A stretch of DNA of 64,000 nucleotides, from positions 1 through 64,000 of the forward strand of contig CDMY01000252.1 of the NCBI GenBank assembly GCA_001179505.1, read 5' to 3'. The translations under genes and the position numbers were made by a program. Of the stretch, positions 47,879 to 59,811 are shown piece by piece. The stretch comes from Vitrella brassicaformis CCMP3155 (taxonomy: Eukaryota > Protista > Chromerida). A model generated the notes under the pieces. The model ran no database searches. It saw only the letters and a list, made by a program, of their open reading frames with translations, and was not told where the DNA came from. The stretch's first letter is position 1. Each line of letters opens with the position of its first letter.

Positions 47879-49832
47879 ATGTCGAGCGCGAAGCCTCAAT
47901 CCAAGTCGCCTCCGGCACCACCGGCCGATGCACCTACCACCACAACACGCCCCACTTCGAAGAAGGCCGCTGAGCGTCCTCCCGTGACCCACCACCCCAT
48001 CAGCAGCCCTCCCTTCGTGTCAGGGATGGTGCCGAGCGTAGAGACCCCCCTGCTGCCACCCGAGAGCGTCGTGGTGCGGCCTGCGAGCGTCAATGTGACG
48101 ACCAAGAAGAGCCTCAAGAGGGAGCTGGCTTCGTCGAAGAGAGAGGGCGAGAAAGAAAGTCGAAAGAAGAGGAAGAGAAAGACGAAGGAGGGGGAGGAGC
48201 AAGGAGACGAACAGAGGGAGGGGCAGGGGACGGCGGAAGAAGCCAACGCCGCCATACCAGAGGAGACAAGAACTGCGGACAACAACAAGCCGTGGTGAGT
48301 GAGCTGGTGGAACACTGAATGTCACCGTGTTTGTCGATGTTTGGTTGACACTGTTGTTGTGTGTGCAGGGACTTCTGCGAGGATCAGCTACTGCATTCCC
48401 TGTTCATGCAGCTCGGGAGCGACTTCTCAGCCATTGCCAACAGAATGCCAGGCCGTGACTCTCGCAGCTGCTTCGAGCGGTGGACACATCTCTGCCGCAC
48501 GGCGCCCAATGTGGTATTTGCAGCCCCTCCCGTCGCCCACACGCACTTCTCCCCTGCCCCCCGCCCCCAGGTCTCCCTCCCCCTCCACCCAATCGCCACC
48601 GGCGCACGGCCGCTGTCGCCCGTCTTCCAGCCTGAACCTCCGAGCCCGGATCATTCCCCGTCTGATTTCTTGGTCTTCGCGGCCAAGCGGAAGGCTGAGG
48701 CCAGGAAGGGGAGCGAGAAAGATGAAGCGGACGAAAGCCGGAAGGAAGATGAAGCCCGACATCCAAAGGGAGCCGGTTGTGAGAGCGGGTGAGGGCAGAT
48801 GAGGTTTCGATCGCACCGGTTTTCTGTCTGTCTGACATCTTCGCTTCTGTCTCTTGTGTTCGTCAGGTCCTCCCCGTCGAGGAGTCCCCCTTCGGCTCCT
48901 CGACTGGCGAGTGCCTATGGCTACTCGCCTATATTCAGGCCGCAACCAGGAAGGTATATTCTTCACTTGGCTGATTCTGTCCGGCGTCTTCCCTCATCTT
49001 TGCTTTGCTCTCTTGGTCAGGTTCTCGCCACCCAGGGCTCCCTCTTCGCCTCCTCGGATGGCCCATGGCTATTTTTCAGCCTTCGGAGAGCTGCCAACAA
49101 GGTACATGGACTGAGTAGGTGAAGGCCACGATTGTGTCTCATGTCTCCGTCTGTGTTGGCGACAGGATGCCACCCTCCCCACCACTGCGAGCCCCGTTGA
49201 CAGCACCCTACGCATATCCCAATCCCATGGCCCCCTACAGTGCCAGCCGATACCCGATGACCTTCGGGCCCCGTGGCACAAGCCCACCACCGCGGGGCGT
49301 CGCTCCCTTCTGGCCTCGGGGGGGAGGGATGATGCCCATGTACGGTTACCCTGCGCCATCACGAGCACCGCTTATCGCAACCGGCGCCCCACCGCTCTCT
49401 CCTGTTCCCGGGGGCTCGGTTGGCAGGGCCAGTACGGCAACGGCCCCGTCACCTCCACTCGACGCTTCACAGCAAGACGCGCCACACAGGGAAGGGCAGA
49501 ATATGAAGGAGAGGGAGGGGCGGCCGGAGGAAGATGCGTTCTTCTCACCGCCCCCTCCACTCAGCTTTTCGCCGAGCCCTCACCTGACGCCGTCGCCATA
49601 CAATCCCCCGCCACCTCTGCAGATACCGCCTCTCGCCCACACAGACCACGACGAAGGTGGCTCGTCGCCTGAGACGTCACACGGCGGGGTGAGCATCCCC
49701 GAACTGGCACGGCGGGAAGCGGCGGCTAGAAGGGGCAGCACGGTTAGTCAGATGAGCAACCTGGAGGATCTTATTGCGTTGGGCTCACCAGCAGCGATGG
49801 AGAGGTTCTTCTCAGATAAGGAGAGCCCGTGA
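47879..49832 (+). CDS. Myb/SANT-domain protein with basic NLS-like patch and Pro-rich regions
   Basis: KPW-...EDQLLHSLFMQLGSDFSAIANRMPGRDSRSCFERW (single Myb repeat); RKKRKRK patch. Confidence 0.8.
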
Positions 49833-50537
49833 CAGGTGCGTGGCTGGCGTGCGGAGGTTATGTGAGGCTGTGTATGATGATGGTTTGGGGATTGTGGCTG
49901 TCAGTCCAGAGCTCAGTAGGACTTTTTCGCATTGATGGGAGTGGGGATCGAAGCATGTGAGGGCGAAAACCTCATGCTGTGTCTCCTTCAGCCTGTGTTG
50001 ATCTGCGTGCGTGTTTCGTGGACACACACACACACACCGATAGAGCTATAATGTTTTCTGCCAATCTCGGCATCACGAGACAGTCACCCAGAAGGGCATG
50101 AAGTCAGTTCGTCTGCACGTGCACGGCGGGACACACATTGACAGATACGAAGAAAAGAGCGGTGAACAGCTTCACTGTAATCGCGTCTCTGTCTGCTGTC
50201 CATAGGTCGATCTGAAACAGCCAACCGGGATATAAAATGTAGCCAGCGATTCCAAGGGAAACGCCCTCCTCCTTCCACACGCACACACACACACACACAG
50301 AGATAGAGATATATATACAGACACAGATGGGGAACGGGTTTGTGGGTGCGTACGTGGGATCTTGAGGCTGCTCTCCCACACGCAGCGCTGCTGGCTCGGA
50401 AGGTGTTGTGGCGCTCCTCCTCTCCCCTAGGCACCTCCTGTCGTGGTCGTGACGGGCTGGTGTGCTGCTGTCTGTCGGCGGGGATGCGCGGCCAACACCA
50501 CGCGTCGGATTGTTCTTAACAGCAGCCGTTTAGTCAC

Positions 50538-51516
50538 TCATTTGGCGGGGCGGGCGGGGCAGCAGCAGCAGCAGCAGTGGCCGCAGCCACACAGGGGGTT
50601 GACCCACCAGGGGCACATGTGGCTCTCGTCGCCGCCGCCCGCCTCCTCCCCCTCGATGACGACCTCCCTGGCCTCAGGTGCGGGCGATCCCTCGGTGATG
50701 CTGGTGTGCTGGGAGGGCTCCTGAGACGTGTGCTGCTGCGGGGTCGTGGGGGTGGTGTCGCCGCTGCTGGTGGGGTTGGCCTCTTTGAAGGCGTCGATGG
50801 CGGCGTCGACAGCCAGGCCTCGCACCTGTGCTCCGCCTGCAACAGCTTAGCCGCCTGGGCCTGCTGCTTCATCTTCTCCTCCTCCGCCCTCAGGAGCTCC
50901 CGGATCTCCTGCCGCCTCTTCTCCAGAAAAGCCTCCTTGGCCTCCAGCTCCTGCCGCCTCTTCTGGGCCCGCTCCTCCTGGGCCCTCTTGAGCTCCCGGC
51001 GCTTCTCCGCGATCGCGGCCTTCCGGGCAGTCTGCCTCTCGTGGAGTTCCTGGCACGTGGCCCGACGGGCCTTGCGCTCCTTGGCGAGCTGCAAGCCAGA
51101 TGGACACCAAGGGAGAGAAGACACACACACAGATCTTTCACTAGCGCATGCATCCCCGCTCTCATCGCCATACGTACCGGGTGTGGGCGTCCTAGGCTTC
51201 CCTTGGCCCCCTCCTCCCACTTGTGCACCCTCTCGAGCAGGTCGCGGGCCTCCTTCAACGCTACGAACGCGCTGCCGTCCCCGCCCTTGTCGGGGTGTTT
51301 GTAGTCGCCGGACTGCACACACAGCCAGCACATTCAGCCAGCCACCAGCTCTCACGCCCGCCCCCAGTGCACGTGTGGACGTAACAGCGCCTTCTTCTTG
51401 TAAGCGTTCTTGGCCTCCTCAAACTCCGTGAACCACTTGACGCCCAGCGTCTCGCTGGCGGCCTGGGCGCCACGGAGGACTCCTGGCTCGAGCTGAGGGC
51501 TGCTGCAGTTTGCCAT
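50538..51516 (-). pseudogene. J-domain (DnaJ-like) protein copy A, probably degenerate
   Basis: EAKNAYKKKAL...YKHPDKGGDGSAFVALKEARDLL. The first intron donor reads TTACGT where copy B has GTAAGT, and a 1-nt deletion near 50828 shifts the frame relative to copy B. Confidence 0.65.
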
Positions 51517-51993
51517 GATGGATGCACCTCAACAGCCAGACTACCCTGATATACACACACCCAGCAGGCATGATTGATCAGAGGGCAGTGGAGTGCAGCC
51601 ACGTGCTGTGCCTGACCTCTTGCTGAGTCAGCGCGAATGTCTGTTGCTGTGTCGGCGGGTATCTGGAGCCGTGGTGGAGGTGGTCGGGCTGGTTGGGGTA
51701 GGAGGGAGTCACCCACGACGGGAAGCCACTGCCAGACACTGACAACGAGTGGAAGCGAAACACACACACTCTCTCTCTCTCTGTGTGTGTGTGTGTCTGT
51801 GTGTGTGTGTGTTATCGCCACGTACCAATCGGATGACTGAAGTCCATGCGGAAGGTTATCTCCGGCTGCCCGATGACCCGGGGCTCGTACAAACGCCTGC
51901 CGACCACACACGACAAATACTCATATGGATCCCCTCCCTCCTCGGCTTCCTGTGTGGCCTACTGAATGATCTGATTGTCGGGGAGGCACTCAT

Positions 51994-53003
51994 CTATCGG
52001 GTTGAATGGATGGAGCCCACACGCCACTGATTCTGACCCACATGCACCACAACACACACACGCATACAAATCAGACATATAGACACACATACACGTCTTG
52101 ACTTACCTCCCGAGCGGCATCTGAACAGCGACAGAGGGCCACGAGTCGGACCTGGAGCGTACCCATGGCATCCGCCGCGTACGTCGCCTCCTGCTGCTTC
52201 AAACCGATCGCCACCTGCACGCCGTAACGCCAAACCACACACACATACCCACGGTAAATGGACGGTGGTGCTGGTGTGCTGGGAGGGCTCCTGGGGCGTG
52301 TGCTGGGGGGTCGTGGGGGTGGTGTCGCCGCCGCTGGTGGGGTTGGCCTCGATGAAGGCGTCGATGGCGGCGTCGACAGCCACGCCTCCCACCTTGACCT
52401 CCGCCAGCAACAGCTTAGCCGCCTGGGCCTGCTGCATCATCTTCTCCTCCTCCTGCGCCCTCACGAACTCCCGGAGCTCCTCCCGCCATTTCTCCGCAAT
52501 CGCGGCCTTCTGGGCCTTGAGCTTCTCGTGCAGCTCGTGGCACGTGGCCCGACGCGCCTTGCGCTCCTCGGCTAGCTGCAAGCCAAATAGACACCCAGGG
52601 AGAAAAAGCACACACATAGATCTTTCAATTGCGCATGCATCCCCGCTCTCAGTGGCATCTGTACCGGGTGTGGGCGTCCTAGGCATCCCTTGGCCCCCTC
52701 CTCCCACTTGTGCACCCTCTCGAGCAGGTCGCGGGCCTCCTTCAACGCTACGAACGCGCTGCCGTCCCCGCCCTTGTCGGGGTGCTTGTACTCGCCGGAC
52801 TGCACACACAGCCAGCACATTCAGCCAGCCACCAGCTCTCACGCCAGCCCTCATTGCACATCCGGACTTACCAGCGCCTTCTTCCTGTATGCCTTCTTGG
52901 CCTCCTCAAACTCCGTGAACCAGGCGACACCCAGCTTTTCGCTAGCGGCCTGGGCGCCACTGAGGTCTCCTGGCTCGAGCTGAGGGTTGCTGCAGTTTGC
53001 CAT
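51994..53003 (-). CDS. J-domain (DnaJ-like) protein copy B with coiled coil
   Basis: MANCSNPQLEPG...EAKKAYRKKAL|SGEYKHPDKGGDGSAFVALKEARDLL, then a charged helix; 3' end uncertain. Confidence 0.72.
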
Positions 53004-53463
53004 GATGTTTTGCGACAAAGAGAGGGGACGCCCAGCCTCTCCCCGCCTCCCATCACTCACCCGCCCGCACTAGCTGATCCCGAAGCTGCAAGAGCCGCAG
53101 CGATGGGGTAGCGGACAGAGGCTCTTCAGGCAGCAGCGAATGGATGAAGGAATGGTGCAGCGGTGAATTGCTGTTGAAATACACCGTGCCGGTGAAAAAG
53201 AAAGCAAGTAAGAAACGTCTCCGTCTCTCGAAAGAAAGAAACTCCCGACGTTAATTCTCGCCGGAGAATTGCGAACCTTTTGGTGCGAGCTTATATTCGA
53301 CAGTGTCTTGTTGTCGGGCTTCCGGCGTTTCCAAGGCTGCACAGGAGATCCGGACATCCCCACAGCCCCCCTGTGTGGTTCGGTGCTGAGATCTCGGCGC
53401 TTCACTCATCCACGGGGAAACTGCCTGTTGTGTCCCCCTTGGCTTGTGCTCCTCTGCTGCGCC

Positions 53464-55872
53464 ATGTTTGCCCGCTTGACGCTGTCAATGGGTCTCGTCG
53501 TGGCCAACGCCATCAGTGAGATCGGCTTACGAGCTCCACAGGCAGCCGCATTCGATGAAACTGAAGCGTCGATGCGTGGCATCAGGTTGCAGCCGGCCCT
53601 TATTCAGCAGCCTTCGGTGCTGACGGTGGATGGCCCGTCGCGACGCCGGGACGTGGCTGCCTATAGGCAGCCTGGCAACATAGCCCTGATGATATTAATG
53701 GCTGCTGGCGACGCCGGGGTCAGTGAGGGAGAGCGCATCGGCGAATATGAAGTCAAGGCGGTGCTTGGGAGAGGACCACTGGGTTAGCGTATGAAGCACG
53801 TGTCAGAGGGGTAACACTGTCGCCTGTCGTATTCGTCGGTGTGCTCAGACATCACTTACAAGGCCAAGGTATCAGCCGACCACCCAACCATACCTGGGCA
53901 AACGTAGGATGGGCACGTCACCGCAGCATGACAGATGTGGCCGCAATTCTTCTCTCCCTATCTCTTCCTCTTTAGTGTGGCTGTCAAGTGCGTGTCGCTG
54001 CCCAACATGCCAAGCTGGGAGGCCGTGGGTCTGATAGAGAGGGAGGCGGGGGTTCTGCTGAACCTTAGTCAACCCGGCATCCCGGCATACGTCGCCTCTT
54101 TCCAGCAAGATAACACCACATTCTGCCTGGCACAGAAACTGGCGAAAGGACAGACATTGGAGGTCGTTTCCTAAACACACTCGACGGCAGACCGAATTGG
54201 ACGATAATCCGGTTTTCTGTATGTGTGTGTGTTGACTGATACAGGAGCTGATGGCAAATGGAACACGTTTGGACGACTCGACCATCTACACGATTGCCGT
54301 CCGTTTGCTGGAGGTGCTGCGGTACATCCACACCCAAGAGCCCCCGATCATCCACAGAGACATCAAGCCAGCCAACATAGTGGTCGACCAGCTGGCAGGT
54401 GATGGCTTGAATGTTTCGCTGGTGGACTTCGGGGGCGTCACGTCGGCCGTGGCGTCACAGTAGTTCGGCAACACTTTCGTCAGCACCCCCGGATACACGG
54501 CCCCTGAACAGGTAGGCATGTTGACACGACAGGCAGGACAGAGAGAGCGGTCGGTTCTCATGGAATCATTTGTGCGTGTATGCAGTTCAGTGGGGTATCG
54601 TCAGTACAGACGGACCTTTACTCAGTCGGCGCCACGCTGCTGCTCCTCATCACAGGCGGCCGAGAGCCATCAGCCTTCCCTACGCGAAGATTGCGGGTGG
54701 ACTTTGCGTCATCCCTACCGGATCAGTGGACGCCGTTCATGAGTTCGCTAGTGGCAGTCACCAAGCGTCTGATACAACCGGCGCCAGAGGACCGATACGC
54801 ATCGGCAGAGGAGGCTTTGAATGACCTGCAGACCCGTTTGAATGAGGCGAACCAGAGACTCAAGGCAGCCACGGAAGCCCAACACGAGACGCAGAAAAGG
54901 GTGGATTCACTTCACACGAGAGTAGAGTTTCCCCTGCTGGTTGGCTGCAGGTACACACGCGTGTCTGGCTCGCGCGTGTGTGTGTGGCTTATGCAGATAG
55001 TGAAGAATGTGGGCGTCTATGCTCCTGTGACCGGCTCTCGGGTGGGTATCTCGATGGATGAAGAGGGGCTCCTGAAAATCCGCGTACCACCTTCGCTACT
55101 CGGCTTCCGATACTACCTCCTCGACGTGAGTATGTGTGCATGAGCTCTCATCCCTCCGTTCGGTTGTTTGCCCGTCGCTTTCCCTGTATGTGTAGACCTT
55201 CTTTGGATTATGTGTCGGAGCCGCAGCCCTAAAACTGACCACCTACTGGGCAGTAAGTCGGCTGACTGACTGCGGTAGGTATACAAATGTCTCTGCCTGT
55301 GTGTGGTCCGCCATGTCAGAGCAACTGGGAGACGCTCGACAACGGCCGTTGGGTGCTTCCTCTGCTGTTCATTCCGGCGTGGGCGGTCGGCCTGAGGTAT
55401 CTCCGCTACCCGCTGCGTGCTGTGGCGGAGAGGACCAATCTGCTGATCGGCCCTTACACCACGGACATACGCACCTACTTGTTCGGTGTGCGGCGGAGCC
55501 GCGTTGTCGGCTCGACGGCAGGTATGTGTGAGAGAGAAAGGCAAGAAAAGGGGATGCTTCAGTGCGCGTGAATGATGGATGGTGGATGGGTGCAGACCTG
55601 TACGAGCCGAAGATTGAGACGCTTGAGACAGTTTGGGCTCGACCGTACGACCCCAATCCAGAGGCTCTCAAGCTGCAGCAGGGCATTGTGTAAGTAAGTG
55701 CACACACAGATGAATAGCCAGGCTGCCTGTGATCCATCCATTGATTGATGTTATATGTGTATATGGCAGGAACCATCTGCTGGCTCTGGGGTTGACAGAC
55801 ACGGAGCGGCAGCTCATCAAAGCTCAGATCAATCTGTACCTCAAGGAGTTCAACAAGAGCCGGAACAACTAG
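53464..55872 (+). CDS. Cyanobacterial Pkn2-type Ser/Thr protein kinase with C-terminal hydrophobic segment; in-frame TAG at 54461-54463
   Basis: LGRGPLG, VAVK, SWEAVGLIEREAGVL...GIPAYV, HRDIKPANI, DFG, TPGYTAPEQ, DLYSVGATL, RLRVDF, PEDRY. The stop lies in the activation segment, so it may be a pseudogene or a base error. Confidence 0.8.
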
Positions 55873-56170
55873 ATACTTACTGTGGTTGTATGTAGGCAGA
55901 CAGGCCATGCAACGTGCGTCTCTCTCGCTGTTTTGTTCGGCTGCTGTTGGGCGCGATGCGCCTTGATAACCTTAAGCCTGGGGTTCATGCTCGATATGTG
56001 TAACATTAACGTGGACAGAGTGTCCGTGCAGACATATGTACGAACGAACACGCATTGTCCATCAATCAGACTCACATGAGTATCGACAGATGCACGGCTC
56101 CCCCATGCAGTCAGTCCATCCACGCAAACACAACATATATGGCACTCAGCACACCACACGCACTATACAC

Positions 56171-57345
56171 TCAAGCGTCCCGACTTTGCCTGTCTCCCTC
56201 CGTACCCCAGCCGGCCCGGCCGCCTCCCTTCGTCTTCTCATCCGAGCTGCGGCGTGGTCCACCCTCCCACCCTCCGTCTGTGTGTGTTGTGTGTGTTCCT
56301 TTCTCACTTACCTTCTCTCGCAGTGCATCTCGGTGTGTTTGCTCCCTTGTGACGGCTGCGTACGTGTATTCCACGCACGTGACCGGGGGCTCACGCCTCT
56401 CCGCAGAGCAGAGAGCGCCACAAGGGCTGCTGTGGTCCCTCGCCTTCTATGCCATCACGCCTCTCGTTCCTACCTCCACACACACGTACACACACACACA
56501 CACACACAGGTGTCAGTTGGCCTTCCCCAGCGTGTCAAGCGATTCGGACTCACTCAACTTACCGAGGTATGCACCGTTGCAGCCCGACGACTCGTTGCCG
56601 ACCCGTCGGACGACTGGGTGGGCTATGCCCAGCCGCTCCACCCGCCGGAAGGTAATATGCAGACAGCCCTGTACAGAGCCGTCCGCAGAAAGCGCACACC
56701 CTGAAGGATTGCACACTCCTCCCTGACGAGTGTGCTGCCCTGTTCTGGCGGACCCTCCGCCTCCTCTGCCCCCGCCGAGCTGGTGGCTGTCAGTTGGGTG
56801 CGCTCTCGGCTCGTGCACCTGAGTGCACCTGCATGCAAGACCCACATCAGAACAGCTCGAGATGGATGGAATTGATGGAGGGAGGGAGGGTGGGCCACGC
56901 CGCGGCTCAGACGGTATGATGAGGGAAGGGGGCAGGCCGGGGGACGGAGAGGGCGTTGGAGCCGACTCGGACACACAAACAATAGCCAAAGACAACACAA
57001 TTGGGCGAGAACCGTCCGGTGTTTTGTGTCCATCGGGTGTATGCGTGTTGCGTGTGTGCGGGCGTTGACCTTTCTCGCCAATATGGCATTCTCGTCAGCG
57101 TCCTTTAGGGAGCACGGTGACCACCAGCAAGGCCGGGCGGCTGCTCTCGAGGCCGCAGCAAGCCGCCCAGCGAGCGCATCTATGGCAGATCTGCAGCCGC
57201 ACAGCACATCCACAAGATCAACCATCCCATTTCCCCGGCAGGTCTTCCACTGCCGCTACCTGCGTACCTTGCCCATCAAGATCTTGTCGGTGAGGACAGA
57301 TCTCCCCGATGTCTCCCTCGCGAAGGGCGGCCCATCATGATCCAT
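56171..57345 (-). CDS. Hypothetical multi-exon protein
   Basis: Several short exon-like blocks with GT-AG borders (MDHDGPPFARETSGRSVLTDKILMGK; SAIDALAGRLAA...; EYTYAAVTREQTHRDALREK). No recognisable domain; phases not fully reconciled. Confidence 0.3.
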
Positions 57346-57620
57346 GACGATGGTCAGGCAAAGAGGAAAACAGAGGAAAAGGAGCGACCCGGAACAGAGG
57401 TGCTCAGATGGAATTTACAGAGTGTCGGCACCCCCAAGGGTGTTTCTCGCATACGGTAAGCTGGAGAGGTGCCGTTGCACTGTAATCAGTGAGAGGCACC
57501 GTCTGAGGCGACGGCGGGAGCTGCAAAGCCTTCTCAGATCAGCAGACGGGCCCCAAGAAGGAGGGGGAGCTCCAGCGGAAAGGCTGAAGAGGATCTGGCT
57601 GTATCTGGCTGCGCACCGTC

Positions 57621-59429
57621 ATGCCGGCCAATGAGGAAGGTCAGCGGTGGATGGATGGATGGATGCACCATTGCAATTACCACGCTGTCTGTGTCTGAAC
57701 GAATGGATGGATGGATACAGAGGAGCATGACAAGACCTACCAGGTCGACCACCAGCACACCTACTACCACTACTACCCTGACCCCAGAGACCACACAATG
57801 GTCATACTCGATTATGACAACACGTAAGATACGCACTGCGGATGTACTGTACCCGCATCGTGGACATGACGCTTTCTGTTCCATGCGTTGTGGTCTGCTC
57901 AGATTGTTTCCGACGTCTGTATGGCGTAGTGACGCCTTCCGCCGGCTGCTCGACCCCCAAAAGGCCGCACTTCTCGTCGCGAGCGGTGCATCGGCCTACC
58001 GGTTGGTGGCACACTGTGCGGCGTGGTCGCGGGTGGTGATCGTGTCCAATGGGAAACGGTTGTGGTAGGCACACCATCCACTCGCACAGATCTACACCAA
58101 TTGCCAATTCCTCTGGTTGTGCGTGTGTGTCTGCGCGTGTGTGTGTGTCAGGCTGAACACGTCGCTCAAGCTGCCGGGGTACGAGCGCCTGCGGGCCCTC
58201 CTGCAGGACAACGAGATCCCCGTCCTCTCTGCGAAGGAACACGCCAAACTCTGTGGCCTGGATGACCAGGAGGCGTGTGTGTGGAAGGTCAGAGAGACAT
58301 GGCTGGCAGAGACACCAGAAAGAAGGAGGCGGAGGGAGGGAGGGAGGCGAGAAAAGTTTGTGTGTGTATGTGTGTGTGCGTGTGTGTGTCTCATCCGTTG
58401 GATCAGCGTTTGTGCTGCGCGGAGTTGCTGGCATACTATCACGAGAGAGGCATTATGCCGCTGCGCGTCGTGTCAATCGGGGACAAGGAACTAGATCTGA
58501 GCGCTATCGAGGCAAACAGAAGGTGCAGCACACGCACATTTACATGGCCGGATGAGTTGTGTGTGGTGCATCCAGGTATCTCGAGGAGGGCACGCTGCTT
58601 AAGATCAAACTGGTGGAGGGGCCCACTGTGGACGAGCTCATCAAGGTCCGTGGGTCAGAGAGACACATGCGCTCATGTCGTGTGCGCTCTTGACGTACAT
58701 GTGTGTGTGTGTGTGTGTGTGTGTCAGGAGCACGAGTTGCTGAGCACCCATCTGCTGAGCCTTCTGGCCCACTCACACATGGAAAACTATGAGGTGGTAG
58801 GTCTGTCAGGACATGATGGATATGATGCATGCCATCAGTCCATTAATCCCATCCATTGTGTGCCTCACCTCACATGCAGGTGTACCATGACACCGATGGC
58901 GACGATGACGAGGGCGAACAAGAGGAGCTCTCCCTCAGCCCCATCGACCACCCAGAAGTAGATGACCCCCAGACATAGTGAGGAAAACAGCACCCATCCA
59001 CCCTCACACAGAGAGAGAGAGAGAGAGAGAGAGAAACCAGAAAGAGAGAGACACCATCCAGCCATCCACCGACCCACGTGGATGTGTGTGTGCAGCTTCT
59101 CGTCCTTCGACCTGGACGGCACCACCGTGTGCCGCCCCAGCTAGCGCCCGGACCACACCATCGCACGGATCAACATCTGGGACATGGATGACGAAGATGA
59201 CGAGGACCAAACCGACCCTGACGAGGCCGACCAGGAGGACCAGGATGAAGATGGGGAAGACGGCGATGGCCATGAGGGGGCCAAGCGCAAGTGGGCCGGC
59301 GACGGTGTGTGCGACGCGGCGGCCAAGCGTCACTGCTGCAGTGACCAGGAGCAGCTGGCAGAGCGGGACGAGAGTGAGGGTGAGGACCAGGAATGCGAGG
59401 AAGAGGCAGAGGAAGAGGACGACGAGTGA
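57621..59429 (+). CDS. HAD-like superfamily protein (DxDxT) with acidic C-terminal tail
   Basis: Spliced VILDYDNT-LFPTSVW, VVIVSNG, IPVLSAK, VVSIGDK, KIKLVEGPTVDEL; ATG at 57621 preceded by an in-frame TGA. Confidence 0.72.
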
Positions 59430-59811
59430 TGGCCGCCTTCGGTCTGTGCACAGTGCGTGCCATCACGATTGGATGGGTGGGTGTCTGGGTGTGCCAACTG
59501 CCAATGCTCTCGTGGATGGATGGAAGGATGCGTTCAATGGTGTTTGAGGGAGGGTGAGCTGCATGGAGGTGTATAGTGGACGTGAGACACTCACTCACGG
59601 ACGAGATGAATGACATACTGACATGCCAAGTGAGTCACTCGAGGATACGATGGATGCCGACGCGCAGACAGACTGACACACAGACAGACGCTAGCTACTC
59701 ACATCACACACGCACCGCACACCCACTAATTAGCCACTCTGATCTGTACAGACAGGATCGTGACAGACATGAGCATCTGACCTGCCTCCCTCCCTCCCTA
59801 GGTCGGTCACA

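Noticed and set aside
57333-57620. Overlapping divergent ATGs and ORF 57344-57634
   Set aside because: The HAD gene is better started at 57621; upstream frames hit stops and the minus-strand gene is itself uncertain
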